DNA of 47,427 bases, taken from positions 1 through 47,427 of IMG/VR virus record IMGVR_UViG_3300036987_000129, one strand, 5' to 3'. The notes beneath the pieces are model-generated. The model was not told where the DNA came from and ran no database searches. It saw only the letters and a list, made by a program, of their open reading frames with translations. The stretch comes from a virus. Lineage: Duplodnaviria; Caudoviricetes. Shown here in pieces: positions 24,917 to 35,300 of the stretch. Numbering within the stretch: position 1 is the stretch's first letter; every line of letters starts with the position of its first letter. The translations under genes and the position numbers were made by a program.

Positions 24917-25966
24917 ATGCCAACTTACACTTGGGACTCTGCCTTTGAGGCTTCACCTGCGGACTCTGATGAACTTAAATATGGAGCTTCGGAGATAAGA
25001 GAGTTAAAATTAGCTATTAGTGAAAGGCTAGAGGTCGAGCATACCTTTAAGGCAAATGGGAAGCATGACCCAGGTAAGGTTAGTTGTGTGTACTCAGGTA
25101 CTACGGCGCAGATAGCTGCCTTAACTGGGATGTCTGCAGGGGCCTTTGCCTATAACACGGACACAGGACAGTTCAGTCGCTATACAGGAGCTGCCTGGGT
25201 ATTACTCCCTGCTCTTTTATCTGCCACGGGTGGAGGGACTGTAGATGCTATCACGGCTACTTTCTCACCCGCCTTAACTGTACTAACTAATAATACCCTA
25301 ATTTGTGTCATAGCAGCGGGAGCTAATGTAACTACTACGCCGACCTTCTCCCCTAATGGGCTTACTGCTAAGACTATAGTTAAGGGGAGTAATCAGGCCC
25401 TAGTAGCTGGAGATATTCCAGGAGCTAATGCTGTCCTCCTTCTTAGGTATGATAGTGGGTTGGACAAGTGGGTATTGATTAATCCAGCTTATGCCGTATC
25501 TGTAGTCCCTGCCTGGACTTATAAGATAGCAGTTCTACAGAATAGGAAGGACCCGGGGGTTAATGGAGGAAATGTAGTAAGTGGAGATTGGTACGATATT
25601 CCCTTAAATGTGGAGCAGGAGGACTCATCTAATATAGTAGATAGTTCAAGTCTCCCAGCCTTTACCTTAGCCGCTGGGACCTACCTTTTTAGGGCTACCG
25701 CTCCCTTCCAGAATGTTGGACTAAGCCAGATAAGGTTAAAGAATGTAACAGCTAACTCTTTTATTTATGGTTCGGTGTGTAGAGAAGGAGGGGTAGATGT
25801 TACTCAAGTTTCTCACTTAGTAGGGTCTCAGGTCTTAGCTAACTCTTCGGAGATGCGGCTACAGTATAGAGTCTCTACCTCCCGGACTGGAACAGGCTTA
25901 GGCCAAGCTGCTAACTTTGGAGCTAATGAAGTCTACCAGCAGGTGGAGATTACTCAGCTTTCTTAG
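24917..25966 (+). CDS. Tail fibre protein
   Basis: GGTVDAITATFSPA...GANVTTTPTFSPNGL...LVAGDI fibre domain; C-terminal beta-sandwich. Confidence 0.72.
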   Translation: MPTYTWDSAFEASPADSDELKYGASEIRELKLAISERLEVEHTFKANGKHDPGKVSCVYSGTTAQIAALTGMSAGAFAYNTDTGQFSRYTGAAWVLLPALLSATGGGTVDAITATFSPALTVLTNNTLICVIAAGANVTTTPTFSPNGLTAKTIVKGSNQALVAGDIPGANAVLLLRYDSGLDKWVLINPAYAVSVVPAWTYKIAVLQNRKDPGVNGGNVVSGDWYDIPLNVEQEDSSNIVDSSSLPAFTLAAGTYLFRATAPFQNVGLSQIRLKNVTANSFIYGSVCREGGVDVTQVSHLVGSQVLANSSEMRLQYRVSTSRTGTGLGQAANFGANEVYQQVEITQLS

Positions 25967-25972
25967 GAGTAA

Positions 25973-26167
25973 GTGATGGAGATTAGGACCCAGTTAACCT
26001 TTACCTTTCCCTCTCTACCCACGGTTATAAGTGAGGAGTCTATCAAGACTTGGATGCATGATATAACTGCCTCTCTTGATGCCTTCCTTAGAGATATAAG
26101 AGTTGACATAGACTCTCTAGTAGCGGTAGATGAGGACTTACAGAGCCAGATAGACGCTCTTCCATAG
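25973..26167 (+). CDS. Hypothetical protein
   Basis: AGGAG RBS; LQSQIDAL coiled motif. Confidence 0.6.
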   Translation: MMEIRTQLTFTFPSLPTVISEESIKTWMHDITASLDAFLRDIRVDIDSLVAVDEDLQSQIDALP

Positions 26168-26175
26168 GGGTTGAA

Positions 26176-28455
26176 ATGGGTAAGAAACCTTTTCGAGCTT
26201 TAATGTTAGTATCTGGATTGGATTACTCTATGGATCCTATCCTTATAGCAGAAACTGCCTCGCCTAACCTGGCCTGTGTTCGCTTCGACCGGGGGATGGT
26301 TAAGAAGGACGTAGGTAGGAGGCTTTTTAGTAATGAGGTGTCTCAGTATCCCTCAGCTCATAGTGCTAATTATGTAAAGGCTACTTCGAATGTAGCTCTC
26401 TATGACCCATTCAATGCTACAGATCCTAGTAAGTCTCTTGTTGGAGCTGCTCAGGGTAATGCCTGGGCGGCTAACGCAAACGCTTCTCAGAGGTTCCATA
26501 TAGACTTAGGTTCGCCAGAAATCATAGGACGGGTTTATTATGAGAATTATCATGCTGCTGGGATTGCTCTTGATATAGGAGCTAAGGCCCTTACCCTTTG
26601 GGGAAGTAACGATGCTAATGCCTTTGCCGACCTGACCTATGCTAATGATGCTAACTGGACCCAGATCACAGGGTTAAGTGCTAATGAATTAAGCCAGCAT
26701 GCTAATGCTAATCTTCCTGACCCAAAGTATATTACTATAGCTAATGCGAATACTCCTTATAGGTATTATTCCTTTAAGTTTGCTAATAACCATGGTAATA
26801 GTGCCTTTCTAGGAGTTAGAAGGATTGCGCTTCAGACGGCTAACCACTTAGATGACTACTTGATGCACATAGACTCCTTCCCTACTTACCTAGGGACTAC
26901 TTACACCTTGTTTAACACTCCTAAGTGGACCTACAGTCTCCAATCTGATGGATCTTTCAAGGTACTTAATACTGTTCCTTTTACTGGAGCAGCTAATAAT
27001 AACTTCTATACTACGGTAGCTTTAGATGCTAACGGACAAGATCTCTTCCTTATAACTAACGGGATAGACCCTATCTATAAGTGGGATGCTAGTAACTTTG
27101 CCCTCCTTGGAGGTATGGCTAATGCTGTAGGAACTATTCAATTAGGGGCGGGTGGAGCTAACTATGTGGCTAATGAGATCTTAACTATACAGCAGGCTAA
27201 CTCAGCTAATAATGCTACGGCTAGAGTAGACTCTGTAGCCAACGGAGTAGTAACAGGCGTTACTCTTTTAAATAGAGGAGCTAATTATGCTGCTGCTAAT
27301 GGACTAGCTACTACAGCCTCAGCAAATGGAAGTAACTGTACTTTAAACATTCTTGCTACAGGGGGAAGCCTTAGAGGTAAGTATATTATACCCTTTAAGA
27401 GCAGGTTAATCCTAGCTCAATGCACTGAGGATGGGTTTGCTAACCCTACTAGAGTGAGGTGGTCAGTAGCAGGTGATATAGAAGACTATATAGGTGCTGG
27501 ATCGGGCTTTGTAGATCTTAGTGAGACTCCAGATTGGATTCTGGGCCTCTGTCTCTTTAAAGGCCGCCTTTTAGTCTTTAAAGAAAGTTCTATTTGGGAA
27601 CTTGTCTATGTAGGGGGGACTACAGTCTTTACTCCAGCTCTCCTAGTAGCTACAGTTGGTGCTACTACAGGCCAGTCTATCCTAGCTCTTAGAGATAAGG
27701 TAGTTTTCTTAAGCACGGATGGGGTATATACTTATGACTTATATAATCTTAAGACTATATCAGATCTTATTTATCAATTACTTTACCCTACAGAGACTAG
27801 GATATTTAACCTGTCTAAGGTGTACTGTACCCGAGTAGCTTACATAGAAGAGCTAGATGAGCTTTGGATGTCCATACCTACTGTAGGGGAGATACCTGAC
27901 ACTGTACTTAAATACAACTTTCTTTATAAGAGTTGGGTTAAGCGGCCCCAGGAGGTTACTGCCTTTGGTTACTACCAAGTGGAGTCAGGAGGTGCCTGGA
28001 AGGATCAAACCGCTACTTGGGAAAACTACGTAGGGGATTGGGTCTCCCGGGTCCTAGCTTCTGGGGCACCAACTACCCTAATGGGAGATAGCCTTGGATA
28101 CGTCTACGAGGATGATAGACTGACTACTTCTGGGGATACCTTCAACTTTGAGACTAAGGATTGGATACTTCCAGTAGAAGGAACTCGTCTCGCTGCAGGG
28201 ATGCGTATAGTTGAGGTACACATAGAGGCTAGGGGTGGACCTTTCTTTGCTAGTTACTCTATGGATGGAGGGGCTACTTGGAGTACTCCCCACGAGTTCC
28301 TATACTCAGCAGTATTCTCAGAATGTGTCCTCTATATGAATGAAGTGACACAGATGGTAAGAGTAAGGATAACTTCTACTGCTACACAGCTAGATATTAG
28401 GTGGATAGAACCATGGGTGTTGGAGAGAAAGAGAGCACTAAGTATAGTGACTTAA
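26176..28455 (+). CDS. Tail nozzle (tubular B / P22 gp10-like) with inserted discoidin-like and beta domains
   Basis: Beta-propeller-like motifs (ITNGIDPIYKWD, RVRWS, LLVFKESSIW, SMDGGATWS); QRFHIDLG...YRYY insert. Confidence 0.68.
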   Translation: MGKKPFRALMLVSGLDYSMDPILIAETASPNLACVRFDRGMVKKDVGRRLFSNEVSQYPSAHSANYVKATSNVALYDPFNATDPSKSLVGAAQGNAWAANANASQRFHIDLGSPEIIGRVYYENYHAAGIALDIGAKALTLWGSNDANAFADLTYANDANWTQITGLSANELSQHANANLPDPKYITIANANTPYRYYSFKFANNHGNSAFLGVRRIALQTANHLDDYLMHIDSFPTYLGTTYTLFNTPKWTYSLQSDGSFKVLNTVPFTGAANNNFYTTVALDANGQDLFLITNGIDPIYKWDASNFALLGGMANAVGTIQLGAGGANYVANEILTIQQANSANNATARVDSVANGVVTGVTLLNRGANYAAANGLATTASANGSNCTLNILATGGSLRGKYIIPFKSRLILAQCTEDGFANPTRVRWSVAGDIEDYIGAGSGFVDLSETPDWILGLCLFKGRLLVFKESSIWELVYVGGTTVFTPALLVATVGATTGQSILALRDKVVFLSTDGVYTYDLYNLKTISDLIYQLLYPTETRIFNLSKVYCTRVAYIEELDELWMSIPTVGEIPDTVLKYNFLYKSWVKRPQEVTAFGYYQVESGGAWKDQTATWENYVGDWVSRVLASGAPTTLMGDSLGYVYEDDRLTTSGDTFNFETKDWILPVEGTRLAAGMRIVEVHIEARGGPFFASYSMDGGATWSTPHEFLYSAVFSECVLYMNEVTQMVRVRITSTATQLDIRWIEPWVLERKRALSIVT

Positions 28456-28862
28456 TTTATGTCCGGAACGCTCCCTTTGAGTGCGTTCCCGAGGGCTTTA
28501 TCCTAGCTCTTAAGGATAAAGACTATACTTATAAGGACTATCTACAGGCCTGTAAGCTTTATAACACCCTATCCTGCTACTGGAATATACTAGGGTATAA
28601 AGATAGTAAACTTATGGTAGTGTCTTGGGGAACTTGGGATCCCCTAGAAAGGCACTTTAGAGTCCTCAGAAGTAGTTCCTATCCAACCTCATGGAAAGTA
28701 GGTGGGGAGATAATGCGTAACCTTTTATACCAAATTAGGCTATATGCCTCAGAGTTGCAGGCGGCTAGATGTTATTGGGAGTCTAACCAGTGGAGAGTAT
28801 GGCTAAGGAAACTTGAAGGCATAGTAAGACTAGTAGACACTAGGGTTATAGAGGTGATATAA
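28401..28862 (+). CDS. Hypothetical protein, possibly GNAT-fold virion assembly factor
   Basis: Sits between nozzle and ejection genes, as T7 gp13 does; start uncertain. Confidence 0.45.
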   Translation: MDRTMGVGEKESTKYSDLIYVRNAPFECVPEGFILALKDKDYTYKDYLQACKLYNTLSCYWNILGYKDSKLMVVSWGTWDPLERHFRVLRSSSYPTSWKVGGEIMRNLLYQIRLYASELQAARCYWESNQWRVWLRKLEGIVRLVDTRVIEVI

Positions 28863-29680
28863 TGGTAAGTTTTGGAAAATCTGGGAGTAGTCAATCGGGA
28901 AGTAGTTGGTCTAAGCCAACTAGGTTAGACCTATGGGATGTTAACCAAAAGAACATAGCAGAAGGGTTATACTCTTCTATTATAGCTCCTTACTTGGGAG
29001 AGGAGATCCCGGCCTATCCTCAGCAACTCTATACACCTAGGCAGGGAGAAGAACAGAACTACTTCGACCTAGTTAAGGCGTATGGAGGGAGTGCTCCAAC
29101 CTCGCAGGCTGCACTTGAGAACGTCTTGACAGGGAAGAACACTCCGTTTATAAGCCCAGAGGCTTCCTCTGACTACTTTAGTAAGTCTCTTCTACCTCTT
29201 ATGAGGCAGTCTTATGAGACAGTAGCTAAACCTGCTGCAAGAGAAGCCTTCGCAGGCCCTGGGTACTGGGGGCGGGAGCGTGCACTTGCCGAGGCTGGAG
29301 TAGCAGCAAATGAGACACTACAGGAGCAGAGTAAGGCAACAGAACTCATGTATCAAAATCAGTTGATGAACTGGCAGGCTCAGATGGCAGGAGCTAATAA
29401 TATAGCGGCAACTGCCCTACCTGCAGTATCTGGAGCACTTGAGTCCGCAGGTACTGCAGGGGAGTACGCCCGTATGATAAAACAGGAAGAGGTTGCTGCT
29501 AACTTCCAGCGTTGGCTCATGGGTGAGACCGTGGATGGAGTTACTCCCGTCCAGTATAACCCCATGATCCAGCTGGCCTTCCAATACCTTGGCCTACAGC
29601 CCTTTACCTACGGTCAGGAGTCCGGGTCAAAGTCTAGTGGATCTTCCAGTGGGTTTAGTTTTGGTATTCTGGGTAAATAG
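28862..29680 (+). CDS. Putative DNA ejection / internal virion protein
   Basis: Ser/Gly-rich termini, Ala/Gln-rich helices, position. Confidence 0.6.
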   Translation: MVSFGKSGSSQSGSSWSKPTRLDLWDVNQKNIAEGLYSSIIAPYLGEEIPAYPQQLYTPRQGEEQNYFDLVKAYGGSAPTSQAALENVLTGKNTPFISPEASSDYFSKSLLPLMRQSYETVAKPAAREAFAGPGYWGRERALAEAGVAANETLQEQSKATELMYQNQLMNWQAQMAGANNIAATALPAVSGALESAGTAGEYARMIKQEEVAANFQRWLMGETVDGVTPVQYNPMIQLAFQYLGLQPFTYGQESGSKSSGSSSGFSFGILGK

Positions 29681-29689
29681 GAGAGTGTA

Positions 29690-29989
29690 ATGGATACAGG
29701 GTATCAAAATCTGCTAGCTAAGATGATAGCAGAGGCAAGGCAAAGGATGCTTCTCCAAAGGGGCCCTACACAGCGCAAAATTGGATTTATAGGGGGTCAG
29801 GGTATCCAGGATATGAGTGGCTATGGTGCTACGGCACCTCCTGAGATGGGTGGTGGGGGTATGGGCTTAGGTGGTGTCTCTAGTACTCTAAGTGACCTTG
29901 GCTCTATGACCGGAATGTGGCAACCATGGAATGGGCCAGGAGGGTTGGCACAACTATCTAAAAGTATTGCTTCTATCTTTGGGCTTTAG
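29690..29989 (+). CDS. Gly/Met-rich putative ejection protein
   Basis: N-terminus similar to that of the next gene. Confidence 0.55.
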   Translation: MDTGYQNLLAKMIAEARQRMLLQRGPTQRKIGFIGGQGIQDMSGYGATAPPEMGGGGMGLGGVSSTLSDLGSMTGMWQPWNGPGGLAQLSKSIASIFGL

Positions 29990-30008
29990 GCTTTAGGAGG
30001 ATTAAGAG

Positions 30009-31388
30009 ATGGCTTTCTCAGGATTTCAACCAGGTAAGAGTGGAGACTATAACACACTCCTTGCTCAAATGATAGCAAAATCTAGGCCTCAGACAGCACC
30101 AGGAGGAGGCCGTGTAGGAATGCTTGGAGGAGGTGGAGCTCCAGGCCTCCCCTCTATACATACAGCCTCCAGATCTGACTTTGGCACTAATATAGGGGTT
30201 AGTATCCCAGGGATCTTAAGTACTCTCGAGGCCCTTGATCTCTACCAGCCTCCATCTACTAAGAGAGACCTAGCTAAGCAAGGCCGGGAGATGGTAGAAT
30301 TACAGATGCCTCCAGAGAAGAGAGAAGGCTTCTATCAACTCCCTGAGGTACAGAAGGAACTAGAGAAATTTAAAAGGTCTGGATCACCTCATGTCTATTG
30401 GGACGAAGGGATGCAGCAGAATCGCTACCTACCTATTAGGCAAGAGGTGCAGGCCAAAGAGATGTACGGTCAGGCTCCTCAGGCCTTCGCAGCAGGAGCC
30501 TTTGGGCCGGAGATGGCAGCTAACTTTGCCAAGAACATACATGCTCCTAACCAATGGTCTATTGCCCCACAAGAAGCAAGGCAGGGTATTCTCTCTGAGA
30601 CTGATTACAGGAAGGCAGCGGCTAACCACCAGCAGGCAGTTGCGGATACCTCCCGCCTCCTCGCAGGGCCTCAGGCAGACTCTCTAAGTGCTGACGCTGA
30701 GTATAAGAGGGCAGCGGCTAAGCACCAACTTGCTGCAGCACAGGCTGAGAAGAGTCCTCAGGATGAGAAAATAGCGGACATGCTAAAGAATGAACTTAGT
30801 AGTGCTAAGGCTATGGATGTGGCCACGACCCGAGACATCTTCGCTCAGCAAGACCCAAAGATGAAGGGAGATATGATCCAGAACTATGGTAACTTCGTCC
30901 AGCGACACATAGACTCTGTTAAGCAACTTAATAAGAACGACCCTTCTTTGGCAACAGGAGCTGCGTCTTCCTATAACTCTATGGTAAGCCAGCAACTTCA
31001 AGCTATAGCTCCTACTAAGACTTCTACATATCTGGGTATTGGGGGTCCGGAACAGCTGTCTAAGAATACAGAAGCGGGTCTTAGAAATCACATGACTTCT
31101 ATTCAGGGCATGCGGCAAAAGTTTGGGGCAGTAGTAGACCCTAATCTTGAGAAACAAATGATAGATAATATGGCTAACTCCTTTGACCGTGTCCACCTTG
31201 CGGAGACAGATAAGCCTCTAGTTACTCTCTGGCTAGCCACTGCCCTTGAAGCTAAGGATGCTACTGGAGCAAGGAAGATAGTCGAAGTCCTTAAGCAGAA
31301 GAGGCCTTATTGGCTCCCAGAAATAAGTGCTTCTATAGAAGAAAGAGCTAAGAGAACAATTAAGCCAAAACCCCCAGGAGCAATGTGA
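30009..31388 (+). CDS. Putative DNA ejection / internal virion protein
   Basis: Ala/Gln-rich helical 459 aa; GGAGG RBS. Confidence 0.6.
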   Translation: MAFSGFQPGKSGDYNTLLAQMIAKSRPQTAPGGGRVGMLGGGGAPGLPSIHTASRSDFGTNIGVSIPGILSTLEALDLYQPPSTKRDLAKQGREMVELQMPPEKREGFYQLPEVQKELEKFKRSGSPHVYWDEGMQQNRYLPIRQEVQAKEMYGQAPQAFAAGAFGPEMAANFAKNIHAPNQWSIAPQEARQGILSETDYRKAAANHQQAVADTSRLLAGPQADSLSADAEYKRAAAKHQLAAAQAEKSPQDEKIADMLKNELSSAKAMDVATTRDIFAQQDPKMKGDMIQNYGNFVQRHIDSVKQLNKNDPSLATGAASSYNSMVSQQLQAIAPTKTSTYLGIGGPEQLSKNTEAGLRNHMTSIQGMRQKFGAVVDPNLEKQMIDNMANSFDRVHLAETDKPLVTLWLATALEAKDATGARKIVEVLKQKRPYWLPEISASIEERAKRTIKPKPPGAM

Positions 31389-32347
31389 TGGGAATCTCAG
31401 ATAGCCTCTTCAGAAAGGCAAGTAAGGGCCTTCTAAGTAATCTCCGTGAAGCTGGGTATAAGACACCTACGGAGTTAGCTGCAGAGCGTGGAACGCCTGT
31501 CATACGAGCTGAGACCCAGCTTACCTCGGCCCAGTGGAATCGGCTCCTTAAGAGACTCCTATTGGATGAACCCGTGGCAGCCCAGAGGGGCCTACTCCCT
31601 GAGAGGATAGCTAGCCAGACAGGAGAAGTTGGCGCACCATCTCCCCGAGTAGTAGATACTCTTATGGGAATGGAACCACCCGTTACCCAGGATATGACCT
31701 CCCTTAGGCAAGTAATAAGAGAGCCCATAGGAACAGCGGAATTTGGTCCTCCGAAGTATATGCCCCAAGCGGCAGGTAGAGAGGCTCTCCTTAGCAACCC
31801 TGCGGATTATATGCAAGGCCCTCTAGGTCCGCCTATTAAGCAGATCCAGTTCACCCCACCTGCTTCACCTATGCCAGAGGATATCCTTAATAGTATATCC
31901 TATAAAGGGATTAACTTTAATCCTGCCCTCTCTAGTCAAGAGACAGGATCCATCTCTAAGGTCTTAGGAGGAGAGAAGCAAGAAGCTGCAGAAGGCCTAT
32001 TAAGAGGACGTGGCCTCACTCCTGAAGATATCCGAGTCTCTCCTGAGGAGTTCCTTAAGGGAGAAGGTCTCCAGGTTAAGCCTGAGAAGACCATATCGGA
32101 TATAATGACTAGTGTAGTGGAAGCAGAGCAGATCTGGAAGGAGATGGGTGGGGCCCGCTCCGTAGCAGGTAGGATCTGGAAGATCCGTCTTGAGGAAGCT
32201 AAAGGCGTTCAGAAGGTTAATAAGACTCCTAAGGACTGGTTCGTCACTTGTTACACTAAGTATAAGGCTAATCCGTATAACTTTAGTAAGTCCTATCCCC
32301 GTGAGGCTAACCTCTTGAAGCAGATAGAAAGCCATGGAGGTGAGTAA
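31385..32347 (+). CDS. Hypothetical protein, putative internal virion protein
   Basis: Coupled ORF in the ejection cluster. Confidence 0.55.
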   Translation: MMGISDSLFRKASKGLLSNLREAGYKTPTELAAERGTPVIRAETQLTSAQWNRLLKRLLLDEPVAAQRGLLPERIASQTGEVGAPSPRVVDTLMGMEPPVTQDMTSLRQVIREPIGTAEFGPPKYMPQAAGREALLSNPADYMQGPLGPPIKQIQFTPPASPMPEDILNSISYKGINFNPALSSQETGSISKVLGGEKQEAAEGLLRGRGLTPEDIRVSPEEFLKGEGLQVKPEKTISDIMTSVVEAEQIWKEMGGARSVAGRIWKIRLEEAKGVQKVNKTPKDWFVTCYTKYKANPYNFSKSYPREANLLKQIESHGGE

Positions 32348-35300
32348 TGCCTATCTCTTTACCTGATGAACTTTGGCCTAGTTCTTTCCGCTTAGAAGAT
32401 ACTCCCGGTGGGCCTCTCACAGTAGAGACTACTCCCCTAGGTCTTGTCTTTGAGGGAACTACTGGCCGATCCAAGACTAATAACAATCCCCTTAACCTAG
32501 AGTACCGCCCTGGTAGCTATCAAGATAAGTACGGCGCTACCCTAGAACCTGTCTCCAAGAGTGGCAAGCAACGGTTCGCTAAGTTTGCCACTATGGAGGA
32601 TGGCTATCTAGCAGGCCTTGACCAGATTCGTCTTGACCAATCCCGTAACCTAACCTTAGCCTCTTTCGTAAAGAAGTTTGCTCCACCCCATGAGAACCCA
32701 ACAGAGCAGATAATCCAGCAGTATGCTAAGGCTCTAGGTGTGTCTCCGGATACTCCCCTTAGCCAGATCCAAGCTGAAGAGCTCATAGTACCTATGCTTA
32801 TGAGGGAATCCAGCACCCGTATTAAAGGCCAAGCTAAGCCTAAAGAAAAGACCCAAGCAATGGGAGCTACTGAAGCCACAATAGTTCAGTCAGCTGAAGC
32901 ACCTATTCCAGGAGGTAATATCCTAGCAGGCGTAGGAGATCTCTTAGGGCCTAGTGAGGCTATAGCTGCACCACCCCCTAAAGAGGCCCCTAAGGGTATG
33001 GCCCTTCCAGATAATCTTTGGGAAGAGCAAGCTAAGCCTCCTCAGGGAGTAGCATCTGCTAAACCCATAGAACAGCTGCCTACTCAGTTATGGGCACCTG
33101 AACCTCAGCCTCAGCCTATGTCTGTAGAGGAGCTTAATAAGAAGTCTGAGCTCTGGAATGAAGACACTATTAAGATAATCCCTACGACTCCAGAGTTTAC
33201 TAATGCTGGACGCTTAGGCCATAAAGAGAATACCTGGGGAGACCTGGGTGTAGATCTAGGCTTATTACTTGGTATAGGCCTTTTAACTAACTTGATTGCT
33301 CCAGGGGCTGGTATTGTAGCTACTGGAGCAATAACTGGCGCTTTGTATGGAACAGCTAAAGAAACTGCAAAGGCAGCGGGGGTTAAATTAGGTACTCATA
33401 GAGAGTCCTATGGAGAGATGATAACTGGTAAGGACCTTGGGCCTGTAGAGAGGATAGCAGAAGATGCTGCCTTCTTTGGCCTACTTGACAAGGCAGCACG
33501 TCCCCTTATCCATGGACTTAAAGCAGGTAAGATCCTTCCTAGAGCTGGAGCAGGCGCTGGCATGGGTGGAGGCCTAGCAAGCCTCTCCGAGCTAGAAGGC
33601 TATCTTAAAGGTGAGAAGGGACTTGAAGACCTTTCTAGCTCAGCAAAGACTATAGTAGCTCTAGCAGGTATTGGAGCTGCCGGCGGCTCCGCTGGCCTAC
33701 CTGTAGCCCGAGCGGCTAAGCAGGTGGGAGAGAAGGCCTGGGACGTAGCAACTATCCCTGGTAAGAGTGAGACCTTCACTAGGATACAGGAGGCCCTGCA
33801 GCCCGCTATAGAGAGACTTAGGAAAAGCCCAGAGGCAGGTAGGCAGATGGAAGCAGACATTATCCGCAAAGGTCGGGTAATGCAATCTCTTACGAAGGAG
33901 GAGGGATCTGCTTTCGTAAGGGATGTTAAAGAAGCAGGCCTTACCTTTGAGGAGAGATGGGACCTAACTAAGGCCCTTAGCGGGAAGCCAGTAGTAGACG
34001 AAGCGGGTAATCCTTTAGTCTCTACTAAGGTCTTAAACCTATACGAAAGATACTCTGACAAGGTAGTGGCAGATACCTATGGTAAGTTCCAAGAGGCCTA
34101 CACTACACAGCTATCTAAGTTAGTCCGTGGGCCCCTCTCCTTAGTAGATAGTACTAAGGCAGAAGCTATAACCCTACAGCATATACAGGCCTTAGATACG
34201 GCAATAACTAATCCTAAGAGTTTTAAGGAGGCAGAGACTGCCCTAAGGGGCCTCATTCAGGATCCAGCAGTACCCAAAGCTACTAAGGCCTTTGCTGAGG
34301 ATATGTTTAACATCCATCATCAACTCCCTGTGGATATAGCTAAAGCAGCTAACTTCGCTACGGAGGAGCATATCATCTCTGATCTTATTAAACTCCCTGG
34401 GTCAGTTGTCTCCTCTCCCCGTCCAGGGTATGTTAAGACAGATCATCCCTCCCTCAAGGGAATGTTTATAGATAAGGACCTCCATCTAGAGCTTAAGTCT
34501 ATGGATAAACTTAAGCATGAAGCCTACGGTTGGTATCAGAAGTGGTTCCTCACCCCCTGGAAGACCAATAAGGTGGTTATGCGCCCTGCAGCCCATGTGC
34601 GGAACTTAATAGGTAACCTAGTCTTAAACGACCTCGGAGGGATGCCTTGGTACCGGTGGGACCTCTATGGAAGGGCTCTATCGGAGATGAAGAATCAGGG
34701 AAAGGAGTGGAAAGAATTTAGAAAACACGTAGGCCTAGGGCAGACCTTCTCCGTAGAAGAGCTTGGTAATCTAGAGTCCCATCTTAAGTATGGATCTACG
34801 ACTATGGATAAGCTTTTAAATCTCTTTGATAGGATGTCAGCTCCGGCCCGGAATCTGTATTCTATGGAAGAGAACTGGTTTAAGCTAGCTAAGTTCCTTC
34901 ATAATAAAGAGCAGGGTCTTAGGGGAGTGGATGCTGCTATGGATGCTATGAAGTGGACTTTCAACTATGGGGAGGTCACTCCCTTAATCCGAAAGGTGAG
35001 AACTTCCCCCTTTGGTATTCCCTTCATTACGTTCCAGAGTAAGGCCCTACCGTTGGTGGCTGAGGTAGCAATTAGGCACCCCCTAAGGTTAGGTAAGTGG
35101 CTTGGCTTAGGTGTGGGCCTAACTGGCCTTGGCCTTAACCAGTTAGGTATGTCTTCTGAGGAGTGGGAGAACTTCTCTAAGTACCTGCCGGATAGGCTCC
35201 AAGGTGGGTGGCAAATCCCCATGCCATATAGAGGAGAAGATGGCAACCTTCGTTTGATGAACTTTGGGTGGTTGATTCCTGGCTTTGAAGAAGTAAACAG

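Noticed and set aside
26365-27444. GCTAAY as a DNA-level repeat or binding site
   Set aside because: Copies read in the Ala-Asn frame and are interchangeable with GCA/GCG/GCC codons; GCT is simply the preferred Ala codon
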